Shown: one piece after another, positions 15,257-23,508 of the stretch | How positions within the stretch are numbered: the stretch's first letter is position 1 | Layout of the letters: each line of letters opens with the position of its first letter | Made by a program: the position numbers and the translations under genes | The notes under the pieces: model-generated | Databases searched by the model: none | Told to the model about the DNA's origin: nothing | What the model saw: the letters and a program-made list of their open reading frames with translations, nothing else | Virus record (IMG/VR): IMGVR_UViG_3300032106_000033 | Strand: one strand, 5' to 3' | Length of the DNA stretch: 48,159 nt | DNA from: a virus

Positions 15257-15899
15257 GCGGGTGTTCATCATCGATTCTAACGCTCAGTACGTGAGCATGT
15301 TCGAGGAGCACAACGATTACACAGTGGTGGGAGCCTATGACGAGGCGGACCTGATCCAGTTCACAGGGGGTAGTGACGTGACCCCTTCCTACTACGGGGA
15401 GAAGGCACACCCCACCACCTATAACAACCCGGCACGGGACGAGGAAGAGAGCATCATCTTTCGACAAGCCTTCCTTCGCAACACACCGATAGCTGGCATA
15501 TGCAGAGGCGGACAATTCCTGCATGTGATGAACGGTGGCAAGATGTACCAGAATGTCGATGGGCACTGTAGGGACCACAAGGTACTTGATATTCAGACCG
15601 ACAGGATGTACACGGTGAGTAGCGTACACCATCAAATGATGCGGGATGCCTACGTAGAGGATGGTTCTGTTAGTAAAGTTTTGGCAGTGGCTGAGAATGT
15701 AAGTGGGTATAAGGAGTGTATGGAAGGGGGTATGGTGGTGAGAAAGCAAGCTAAGTTTCACTCTTATGATCTTGAGGCCATCTTCTACCCCCTCACCCGT
15801 AGCCTGTGCTTCCAGCCACACCCCGAGTTCAGTGGGGTTGAGGAGTGCCGGGAGCTGTACTTCAGGTACTTGGACGATCACATTTTTAACACGGAGTAG
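15249..15899 (+). CDS. Class I glutamine amidotransferase-like / peptidase C26 (gamma-glutamyl hydrolase-type) protein
   Basis: GICRGGQFLHV (nucleophile elbow G-x-C-x-G-x-Q), SSVHHQMM and FQPHPEF (His-x-Glu). The ATG at 15249 overlaps the upstream stop. The ORF track starts at 15210. Confidence 0.75.
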   Translation: MVRRVFIIDSNAQYVSMFEEHNDYTVVGAYDEADLIQFTGGSDVTPSYYGEKAHPTTYNNPARDEEESIIFRQAFLRNTPIAGICRGGQFLHVMNGGKMYQNVDGHCRDHKVLDIQTDRMYTVSSVHHQMMRDAYVEDGSVSKVLAVAENVSGYKECMEGGMVVRKQAKFHSYDLEAIFYPLTRSLCFQPHPEFSGVEECRELYFRYLDDHIFNTE

Positions 15900-15900
15900 G

Positions 15901-16011
15901 ATGATGACCGACAAAGAAAACCTCAAACAGACAGAAGAATGCATCGACATAGCCTTTGTTGTCTCGGCTATCATCCTGATTGTCGTCATCATCTATGCAG
16001 TAGCAACATAA
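15901..16011 (+). CDS. 36-aa single-TM microprotein inside the cassette
   Basis: MMTDKENLKQTEECIDIAFVVSAIILIVVIIYAVAT. Starts 2 nt after the previous stop. Confidence 0.4.
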   Translation: MMTDKENLKQTEECIDIAFVVSAIILIVVIIYAVAT

Positions 16012-16021
16012 GGAGTAGGCC

Positions 16022-17377
16022 ATGTGTGGACTAGTAGGTTTCTTTGGTCATTGGACCGACAAGAGGGAGAAGATGTTCCGTGATCTCCTTCGCTTGTCGG
16101 CATTGAGGGGCCCTCACTCCACGGGTGTTGGCTTTGCTGGCATCAATGGTGCCTGTGATATGGTCAAGGGGCCTGTCCTCCCCGACACGCTTATACAAGG
16201 GAAGGACTACCAGAAGATTACCAAGAAAGGGTGGTATAACTGCTACCTCGGGCACAATAGGTGGGCCACAACAGGGGCTATCAACGTAGCCAACGCCCAT
16301 CCTTTCAACTTCAAGGGTGTGATGGGGTGCCATAACGGTACGCTTCACAGTCGCTTCGACCTTGATGGTGGGAACAAGTTCGACACCGATAGTGAGACAA
16401 TCTTCTACCTCATTGACAAGGTGGGATTGAAGAAGACATACAAGCAGCTGAGAGGGGCAGTAGCCCTGGTTTGGTGGGATAAGAAGAAAAAATCCCTGAA
16501 CTTTATCAGGAACCACCATCGCCCCTTCTTCTACGCTTGGACCAAGAGCAAGGATGGTATCATTTGGGCCTCCGAAGGATGGATGATAGGGGTGGCAGCC
16601 GAGCGCAACAAGATAGAATACGGTAAGATATTCGACACCGGGGTACACAAACACTACGAAGCCACCTTTGATAAGAAGAACATTACCCTTAAGAAGAGGA
16701 AGCTAAAAGCCTTCATACCTCCCAAGTACGAGGCTCCGAAGACGTTCGGTACCCCCTCTGCTATCTTGTTCCCCTATGTCGAACAGGGGGGTGGAGACTA
16801 TATCCCTTTTTCTCAGCCACAGAACAATGGGACGGGGACAGATATCACGACCAGTCGGAACTTGAACGACGACTGCCCGATGGTTGGCCGTTCATATAGT
16901 CTGTACCCTAGGAACATCATCAAGACCTATCGTAAGAAGGCAATTGAGAGTTACACCATCATCTGTGGTTTCCAAAACTTGCACAAAAAATTCGTGGCCA
17001 AGATACAAATCTTTAATAAGGCTGACTTTTACCTTGCTGATCTGTACCCCTCCAACGACAGCCTGTATGACAAGCTGTTCTTCAAGGGGAGGATCAGTCA
17101 CTCGTACCATTCAGGCAAGGCGGGTGACGAGAAGGTGTTCATCGTGAATGTAGCGAGTGTGGATGTCATCGTACCCCGTGACTGTAAGAGGCAGGTGGGG
17201 CATCACCAGGACAGGATGGACCGGACGATGTTCGACGTACACTATAAGGACTGTGGCTTCTGTGGTGATCCCATCTGCTTCGAGGATGACAAGGTGGAAT
17301 TCAGTAATAAGGTGGACGACCTCGCCATCTGTGGTAAATGTTCCGTTTCATTCGATATGGATAAGGAAGGGTTCTAA
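16022..17377 (+). CDS. Class II (Ntn, Cys2) glutamine amidotransferase-like protein with a C-terminal zinc ribbon
   Basis: Starts MCGLVGFFG with SD aaggag. Also GHNRWATTG, AHPF, CHNGTL and DSETIFYL. C-terminus carries CGFCGDPIC...CGKC. Confidence 0.8.
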   Translation: MCGLVGFFGHWTDKREKMFRDLLRLSALRGPHSTGVGFAGINGACDMVKGPVLPDTLIQGKDYQKITKKGWYNCYLGHNRWATTGAINVANAHPFNFKGVMGCHNGTLHSRFDLDGGNKFDTDSETIFYLIDKVGLKKTYKQLRGAVALVWWDKKKKSLNFIRNHHRPFFYAWTKSKDGIIWASEGWMIGVAAERNKIEYGKIFDTGVHKHYEATFDKKNITLKKRKLKAFIPPKYEAPKTFGTPSAILFPYVEQGGGDYIPFSQPQNNGTGTDITTSRNLNDDCPMVGRSYSLYPRNIIKTYRKKAIESYTIICGFQNLHKKFVAKIQIFNKADFYLADLYPSNDSLYDKLFFKGRISHSYHSGKAGDEKVFIVNVASVDVIVPRDCKRQVGHHQDRMDRTMFDVHYKDCGFCGDPICFEDDKVEFSNKVDDLAICGKCSVSFDMDKEGF

Positions 17378-18180
17378 TGGGAAAGATATTAGTGGGGGCT
17401 GACCCCGAGCTGTTCGTCAAGAAAGACGGTGAGCTGGTCACTGCCAATGGGCTAGTACCGGGGACCAAGCAAGCCCCCTATCCTGTCAAGCAAGGCGCTG
17501 TCCAGGTGGATGGCATGGCCCTTGAGTTCAACATCGACCCTGCCAATGACGAGGTGGAGTTCGTGGACAATATCATCACCGTCATGGCACAGCTCAAGGA
17601 GATGGTGCCTGCTCATGAGTTCTTGATCGAGGCCGCGGTGTGCTTCAAAGAGAGCTATATGAAGCAGATGCCCGCTGATGCCCTTGAGCTGGGGTGTGAG
17701 CCTGATTTCAATGCGTACACAGGGATGGAGAACCCCCCCCCTGACAGGGCAGTACCCAACATGAGGACAGCAGCGGGACACATACACGTGGGCTGGACCG
17801 AGGGAGTAGCGGAACCCAAGGGTGCTCAGCACATGAACATGTGTGAGGGGCTGGCCAAGCAGCTGGACCTGTTCCTTGGTGTACCCTTCGTCCTGCTCAA
17901 TGACTGTCCCGAACGCAAGGTCATGTATGGCAAGGCTGGATCGTTCAGGCCCAAGTCATATGGCATGGAGTACAGGGTGCTGTCGAACAAGTGGCTGCTC
18001 AATGAGGCGCTGATGTTCTTCGTCTATCGCAACACCATCCGTGCTGTCGAAGAGCTGCAAGACAATGCCCCCTGGTGGCTGGCCATTCCCGATGGGGAGA
18101 AGGTAGTCAATGACAGCGACAAGGCCAGGGCGCAAGAGATCGTGGATTACATAGGCATAGACATGGGAGTAGCGGCATGA
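17377..18180 (+). CDS. GCS2-like carboxylate-amine ligase (phiEco32-type COOH-NH2 ligase type 2)
   Basis: VGADPELFV, AGHIHVGW and GMEYRVLSNKW. TAATG overlap with the upstream gene. Confidence 0.7.
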   Translation: MGKILVGADPELFVKKDGELVTANGLVPGTKQAPYPVKQGAVQVDGMALEFNIDPANDEVEFVDNIITVMAQLKEMVPAHEFLIEAAVCFKESYMKQMPADALELGCEPDFNAYTGMENPPPDRAVPNMRTAAGHIHVGWTEGVAEPKGAQHMNMCEGLAKQLDLFLGVPFVLLNDCPERKVMYGKAGSFRPKSYGMEYRVLSNKWLLNEALMFFVYRNTIRAVEELQDNAPWWLAIPDGEKVVNDSDKARAQEIVDYIGIDMGVAA

Positions 18181-18365
18181 CCATACAAGAGATGTTCCCC
18201 GTGGAAGTGGAGCTGACCTTCAAGACTGTAGTAGAGGGGGGAGGCACCCAGAATGATGCGTACATGGCCGCCATCAGTGAGCTGAAGCGCCAGCTTGAGG
18301 CCGCAGACAGCACCGATGATGTCATCATGGTCTTCAACAAGTATGAGATAACGCCATGTTCTTAA
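18177..18365 (+). CDS. 62-aa acidic small protein inside the cassette
   Basis: ATGA overlap upstream and a 10-nt overlap downstream. MTIQEMFPVEVELTFKTVVEGGGTQNDAYMAAISELKRQLEAADSTDDVIMVFNKYEITPCS. Confidence 0.55.
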   Translation: MTIQEMFPVEVELTFKTVVEGGGTQNDAYMAAISELKRQLEAADSTDDVIMVFNKYEITPCS

Positions 18366-18955
18366 GCCTGGGCGATGCCAAGATGCGGTTGGAGAACGTG
18401 GTGGTGCGTCACAAGGGCGAGCCCATCTACATCCACAATGTAGAGCAGCCAAGGGTGAGCTACATCCTACACATCGAGTATCTCAGGACACAGATCGCTG
18501 GCCGGGTCAACCTCAAGGACAAGGGGGTGGACCTCTCCCCTGTGCCATTGGGCAACATGAATCATGAGGGCAACTGCTTCTTCGCCAGCCGGGCACCTTT
18601 ACGCATGTGGAAGCAGGGCCTACATCGAGACAGCTTCATATGCAAGAGCATGGAGCGTGGCTTCGTTGGTATCCCCATCAATTGCAAGGCTCTCGTCAAC
18701 ACCATCAACAACGAGTACCCATCTATTGAAGAGGGATGGAAGATGATTGAGCAAGGACAGATGGCTAGCGTAGCCTTCTCTCGTAACTTCTCTTTGATGG
18801 AAAAGCGGACCCTTGTGTTCAATAGCAAGCTGATCGTAGGCTCCCTACATAAGGACCTTGTGTCCTTCCACCTTGAGAACACATACCTGTACCTCAAGGA
18901 ACATCTCCAATCCTCCATGATAAGGAAGGCCCATGAATATCCAGGAAATTTTTAA
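18356..18955 (+). CDS. Orphan protein inside the cassette
   Basis: 199-aa ORF with no recognisable motif. Coupled on both sides. Confidence 0.6.
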   Translation: MFLSLGDAKMRLENVVVRHKGEPIYIHNVEQPRVSYILHIEYLRTQIAGRVNLKDKGVDLSPVPLGNMNHEGNCFFASRAPLRMWKQGLHRDSFICKSMERGFVGIPINCKALVNTINNEYPSIEEGWKMIEQGQMASVAFSRNFSLMEKRTLVFNSKLIVGSLHKDLVSFHLENTYLYLKEHLQSSMIRKAHEYPGNF

Positions 18956-19865
18956 GGTACGTAAGAGAGCGGGAGAGGTTGGCATCGAGATAGAGTGTGA
19001 GGGACAGAACCTCATGATGCCTGACCTGTACTGGGATGCGGTACATGATGGCTCCCTTCGGGGCTTGTCTATCGAGTACGTCCTTAAGAACCCAGCCAAG
19101 AGGAAGGAGATTAGTAAGGTGTTGAACTACCTTTACAAGAGCTGGAAGGATCACGGCGCCGTCATTAATGACAGCCCACGTACCAGTGTCCACATACATG
19201 TGAACGTACAAGAATTGGAGGTGCGCAACGTCATCGCCTTCTACTGTCTGTATAACATACTGGAAGAGCTGCTCGTCAAGTTCTGTGGCAAGGGGAGGGA
19301 GGGCAACCTCTTCTGTCTCACCAGTACCGATGCCAACTTCGCACTTGATTTGCTGTGTAACATAGTGGCAAGGCAGGAGTGGTACAAGTTTAAGGATCGT
19401 AACTTCCGATACAGTGCGGTCAACTTCAACTCCATCCCCAAGTTCGGCAGCCTTGAGTTCCGTACCATGCGTGGTACCAGGGACATTGCTCTGATCAAGC
19501 GGTGGATCAACATGCTTCTGAAGATCAAGGACTACAGCCTTCAGTTCAAGCAGCCCGCCAACATCATCGAGCACCTGTCAGCTAGAGGGGGGAGGCAGTT
19601 CGTTAATGATGTGATGGAGGAGTATGCTGTATCCCTCCTTGCTTACCCAGATATAAACAACATCATAAGACAAGGGGTGTGGCGTATACAAGAGCTGGCC
19701 TTCATCCCCATCACCGACAAGAAGCCCCGCCAAGTTATCAAGGCAGAGAGAGCCTGGGCAGAGGAAGGCCCGATGATGGCAGGTGGCGACCTCGATATAG
19801 ACCATGAATTCCGTATGATGGAGGCAGGTCGCCCCATCCCACCGCTAAGGGGAGCACAGCGATGA
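18933..19865 (+). CDS. Amidoligase_2-type (glutamine synthetase-like) amidoligase
   Basis: VGIEIECEG, TSVHIHVNV, RYSAVNFNS and GSLEFRTMRGT. SD aaggaagg. Confidence 0.8.
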   Translation: MNIQEIFKVRKRAGEVGIEIECEGQNLMMPDLYWDAVHDGSLRGLSIEYVLKNPAKRKEISKVLNYLYKSWKDHGAVINDSPRTSVHIHVNVQELEVRNVIAFYCLYNILEELLVKFCGKGREGNLFCLTSTDANFALDLLCNIVARQEWYKFKDRNFRYSAVNFNSIPKFGSLEFRTMRGTRDIALIKRWINMLLKIKDYSLQFKQPANIIEHLSARGGRQFVNDVMEEYAVSLLAYPDINNIIRQGVWRIQELAFIPITDKKPRQVIKAERAWAEEGPMMAGGDLDIDHEFRMMEAGRPIPPLRGAQR

Positions 19866-20620
19866 AGACGTACATGTATGTTGGCAACCCAAAGAGCCGG
19901 GGTGCCAGTAAGTTATGCGAAGGGCTCGGTATCCAAAGGATCAAGCATGAAGGGTCTAATTTTGTGGGAGGACCGGAGAAGAGGGTCATCAACTGGGGGA
20001 GCATTAAGATACCTGACGAGGTGAACAAGTGTAAGATACTGAACGCGGCCTATTGGGTGGGGCTGAACAGTGACAAGTACTTGTTCTTTAAGCATATGGA
20101 TGGTTACTGCCGCATCCTCGAGTTCACCACGGACATAGTGTACGCTGCACAGTGGATTGCTCAGGGTTACAGCGTGGTGGAGAGGCATCAGCTGAGGAGT
20201 AGTGGGGGTGCAGGCATCCGTATAGTTCAGCATGTGGAGGCCTTAGAGGAGGCCCCACTGTACACCCGATACCAGAAGAAGCAGGACGAATATCGAATCC
20301 ACCTGCACAAGATAGACTTGATGAAGGGGATAGTATTTGACATGCAGCAGAAGAAGCGCAAGGATGCCTTCGAGAACCCCAACTGGATGGTACGCAACCA
20401 CAAGAACGGGTTCATCTACGCACGGAAAGATATCAAGGTACCTGCGGACGTGGAGAGCCAGGCTATCCGGTGTTTCAATCGCACGGGGCTGGACTTCGGG
20501 GCAGTCGATGTGATCTATGACACCAAAGATGGTAAGGCTTACGTCCTTGAAATCAACACCGCGCCGGGCCTCCGAGGCACCACCCTGGAAAATTATTTGG
20601 AATTATTTTGTAACGATTAG
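19862..20620 (+). CDS. ATP-grasp ligase (RimK/glutathione-synthetase-like)
   Basis: EYRIHLHK, RNHKNGF and GLDFGAVDVIYDTKDGKAYVLEINTAPGL. ATGA overlap upstream. Confidence 0.8.
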   Translation: MKTYMYVGNPKSRGASKLCEGLGIQRIKHEGSNFVGGPEKRVINWGSIKIPDEVNKCKILNAAYWVGLNSDKYLFFKHMDGYCRILEFTTDIVYAAQWIAQGYSVVERHQLRSSGGAGIRIVQHVEALEEAPLYTRYQKKQDEYRIHLHKIDLMKGIVFDMQQKKRKDAFENPNWMVRNHKNGFIYARKDIKVPADVESQAIRCFNRTGLDFGAVDVIYDTKDGKAYVLEINTAPGLRGTTLENYLELFCND

Positions 20621-20626
20621 GCCTTA

Positions 20627-20965
20627 ATGGGAGTATCTATAGGTATAGAGGGTAAGGACATGGACTGGAAGGTTATCCACACCACGCGAGAGAGGATCAA
20701 CACCCTGCCAGTATGGTACCTGATCCATCAGTACTGCTTCCACATCCATGGGACACGGATCATATCCGATAGGTGCTACCAGATGATAAGGCACCAGCTT
20801 CTGTGGGAGTGGGACGACATCAAGCACATGTACCTGAACATACTAGATAAGGAGGATGTGTTGGTGGACATAGTGTTCTCACGATCCGAAGCCTCCTATC
20901 CCAAGGCCCTGGCCACATGTGCCAGGCTGTACCTCAAGGAATACCAGGCAAGGAAGGAACTGTAA
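20627..20965 (+). CDS. Hypothetical protein
   Basis: 112-aa ORF. The alternative start MDWKV lies about 33 nt in. Confidence 0.5.
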   Translation: MGVSIGIEGKDMDWKVIHTTRERINTLPVWYLIHQYCFHIHGTRIISDRCYQMIRHQLLWEWDDIKHMYLNILDKEDVLVDIVFSRSEASYPKALATCARLYLKEYQARKEL

Positions 20966-21222
20966 TGACCATCGAGAGCGAGCACGAACGCATTCAGCGA
21001 GAGCGGACGGAGACAGAAGCACAGTACATTATCAAAGGATACCCTGTAGATTGGAAGGTATCAGAGGATGGGGCGGTTGCCTATCATAGAGAGGACAACG
21101 CCTATGTATATGTAGACATCACAGGTAGGCTGTGCATCCATGGTGGGGATACTGGTGGGTGTCTGTATATTGACAAGAAAGATCAAGACTGCATCGGTGG
21201 AGATGTGGCACCAGGACATTAA
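20965..21222 (+). CDS. Hypothetical protein (85 aa)
   Basis: TAATG overlap. MTIESEHERIQRERTETEAQYIIKGYPVDWKVSEDG. The ORF track extends it to 20917. Confidence 0.5.
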   Translation: MTIESEHERIQRERTETEAQYIIKGYPVDWKVSEDGAVAYHREDNAYVYVDITGRLCIHGGDTGGCLYIDKKDQDCIGGDVAPGH

Positions 21223-21223
21223 T

Positions 21224-22882
21224 ATGAGCCAATGTGTAGAAAAATTACCACATGATTGTGGATCAGGCGATGGCCTTCAGGTATTTCATAACGGAAAGAA
21301 TTACGATGGGTACTGCTTCGCATGTGATACCTACGTTGAGTATCCCTATTCGTATGAGAAAATTCCAGACATCAAATCATTTGCCAGGGTGCAGCTAGAC
21401 GAGGATGATCTAAGGGAGACGGTCGCAGGCATACAGCTGATGCCCTTCGCTGACCTTCCCGAACGTAAGCTAACCAAGGCATCGTTTAATTATTTCGGCG
21501 TACGTACTGCCCTATCCGAGGTAGACGGCACTACCCCTATTGTACATTACTACCCGTATACCAAAAAAGGAGAACTCTCCGCTTACAAGTGTCGCTTGCT
21601 CTCAAGCAAGAACATGTGGAGCATTGGAGGGTTTAAAGATGTGGACTTCTTCGGATGGGAACAAGCCAAACAAGCGGGTGGTAAGAAGTTGTTCATTACC
21701 GAAGGCGAGTTAGATGCTGTCGCTCTGTGGCAGGTCCTAACAGATAGGCAGAAGGGCACTAAGTGGGAAGGTTACACTCCCTCCGTCGTGTCCCTGCCTA
21801 GTGGGAGCGGATGCGCTTCCAATATCGTAGCGAAAAACCTCAACGAGATACAGAGTAGGTTTAAAGAGGTGATCTTATGCTTCGATATGGACAAGCCGGG
21901 GAAGGAAGCTGCCAAAGATGTGGTACAAATTCTTCCAAGAGCGAGGGTAGCCCTGCTCCCTTCAAAAGACGCTAACCAATGCCTCATGGACGGTAGGTCT
22001 AGAGCACTTGGCGATGCGGTGCTGTTCAAGGCAGCAACCTTGAAGAATACACGCATAGTCTTGGGCTCCGAGCTCCACGATAGCGCCAGAGTTGCAGCTA
22101 AAATGGGTATGAGTTGGCCCTGGGAGCAGATGACTGAAATGACTAGAGGCATCCGGTTCGGTGAGACATACTACATTGGGGCTGGTGTGAAGATGGGTAA
22201 GAGCGAGGTTGTGAATGCTATCGCTGCCCATCTGATCACCGAGCATGACCTGAAGGTCTTCCTAGCTAAGCCTGAAGAGGCCAATAACAAGAGCTATAAG
22301 ATGCTGGTCGGCAAGGTAGTCGGGCGTATCTTCCACGATCCCAAAATTTCATTCGACTACGATGCGTACGACAGGGGCAGCAAACTCATACGTGATCAGG
22401 TCCATCTGCTTAATGTATGGCAGCACCTGGGATGGGAGACGCTACGGCAAGACATTATCTTGTCTGTCAGTTTGGGCTGCAAGGCCATCTTCATTGATCC
22501 GATCACCAACCTGATCAATGGGGTGCCACCGAGCGAGGCCAACACAGTTCTTCAATCAATATCACAGGACCTAGCGGCCATGGCGCTGGACCTGGACATC
22601 TGCATCTTCATCTTCTGTCATCTACGTAATCCTGAGACCGGTCCTCCCCATGAAAGAGGGGGTAAGGTACAGAGCTATCAGTTTAGTGGCAGCAGGGCGA
22701 TGATGCGGAGTTGCAACTACATGATAGGCCTCGAGGGTAACAAGGACCCGGACTTCGAGGACGAGAAGCGGAACATACGTAAGATCGTTATCCTTGAGGA
22801 CAGGGAGTTTGGCCACTCGGGCTACCTCTATGTCTACTGGGACAGGCACACTGGCTTGTTCAATGAAATGAAGGAGAGTTGA
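21224..22882 (+). CDS. Bifunctional DNA primase/helicase (T7 gp4-like)
   Basis: Zinc finger CGSGDGLQVFHNGKNYDGYCFACD. TOPRIM motifs FITEGELDAVAL and CFDMDKPG. DnaB-type helicase motifs GAGVKMGKSE (Walker A), IFIDPITNL (Walker B) and FCHLRN. The ORF track starts at 21140. Confidence 0.9.
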   Translation: MSQCVEKLPHDCGSGDGLQVFHNGKNYDGYCFACDTYVEYPYSYEKIPDIKSFARVQLDEDDLRETVAGIQLMPFADLPERKLTKASFNYFGVRTALSEVDGTTPIVHYYPYTKKGELSAYKCRLLSSKNMWSIGGFKDVDFFGWEQAKQAGGKKLFITEGELDAVALWQVLTDRQKGTKWEGYTPSVVSLPSGSGCASNIVAKNLNEIQSRFKEVILCFDMDKPGKEAAKDVVQILPRARVALLPSKDANQCLMDGRSRALGDAVLFKAATLKNTRIVLGSELHDSARVAAKMGMSWPWEQMTEMTRGIRFGETYYIGAGVKMGKSEVVNAIAAHLITEHDLKVFLAKPEEANNKSYKMLVGKVVGRIFHDPKISFDYDAYDRGSKLIRDQVHLLNVWQHLGWETLRQDIILSVSLGCKAIFIDPITNLINGVPPSEANTVLQSISQDLAAMALDLDICIFIFCHLRNPETGPPHERGGKVQSYQFSGSRAMMRSCNYMIGLEGNKDPDFEDEKRNIRKIVILEDREFGHSGYLYVYWDRHTGLFNEMKES

Positions 22883-22883
22883 T

Positions 22884-23027
22884 ATGGGTATTGAGCTTAG
22901 ATGGTATCGATTGAAACTACCTCCCTTCGACCGTATCCTCCAATTCCGTGAGACTAAGGAGGATGAATGTTATTATGGGGAATGGCAAGACGTTCCTATG
23001 GAGGATCAACATGACCCTACTGTATGA
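22884..23027 (+). CDS. 47-aa small protein
   Basis: SD aaggagag. MGIELRWYRLKLPPFDRILQFRETKEDECYYGEWQDVPMEDQHDPTV. Confidence 0.45.
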   Translation: MGIELRWYRLKLPPFDRILQFRETKEDECYYGEWQDVPMEDQHDPTV

Positions 23028-23241
23028 CCCAGCTTCCGGCTGGCGCTATGGTTTCCCACGTGAGTACAAGCCCCTTGATGGGGAGAGCTTGGAAGCCACG
23101 CTGCTACGTGATGGCTATCCTCAGGCAGAGATTGATAATGGTGGCGCCAAGTACTGTCGCTTCATAGGGGAGCGATCAGAGCTGGACACCATCACCAATG
23201 AGGATGGCATCGTTTTCATACCCGGTGATCCAGTTGTCTAG
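23011..23241 (+). CDS. Hypothetical protein (76 aa)
   Basis: MTLLYDPASGWRYGFPREYKPLDGESLEATLLRDGYPQAE. The ORF track extends it to 22948. Confidence 0.5.
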   Translation: MTLLYDPASGWRYGFPREYKPLDGESLEATLLRDGYPQAEIDNGGAKYCRFIGERSELDTITNEDGIVFIPGDPVV

Positions 23242-23500
23242 GTCCACAGCTAGGCTGTACCTGGATGGGGACATATGGTGTGCTACACCCCCTGGGTTCT
23301 CGAACCCAGTAAAGAACAAGGCCGGGTTTGGTAACACTCAAGCTGCCGCTGTCATGGCCTACAATGAACAGAACAGCGTGTATGCAGTACGTAGAGTGGA
23401 CGAATTTGTTGTGGGTGGCTACTGCAAGCGGTGTACTGAGTGGGTACCCGAAGACGATGTGATGGAAGGGTGCCGCGATCCCCACTGTCCTTGTAATTAG
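23198..23500 (+). CDS. Hypothetical Cys-rich protein, start uncertain (TTG 23234 possible)
   Basis: Contains LYLDGDIWCATPPGF..AGFGNTQAAAVMAY and a C-terminal CKRCTEW...CRDPHCPC. Confidence 0.5.
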   Translation: MRMASFSYPVIQLSRSTARLYLDGDIWCATPPGFSNPVKNKAGFGNTQAAAVMAYNEQNSVYAVRRVDEFVVGGYCKRCTEWVPEDDVMEGCRDPHCPCN

Positions 23501-23508
23501 GAGGAATT

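Noticed and set aside
15213-15992. 259-aa minus-strand ORF
   Set aside because: Fully antisense to the GATase-1 gene, which carries clear catalytic motifs. Its composition is odd. Shadow ORF.
18894-19574. 226-aa minus-strand ORF
   Set aside because: Antisense to the Amidoligase_2 gene. No SD, and it breaks the coupled + strand operon.
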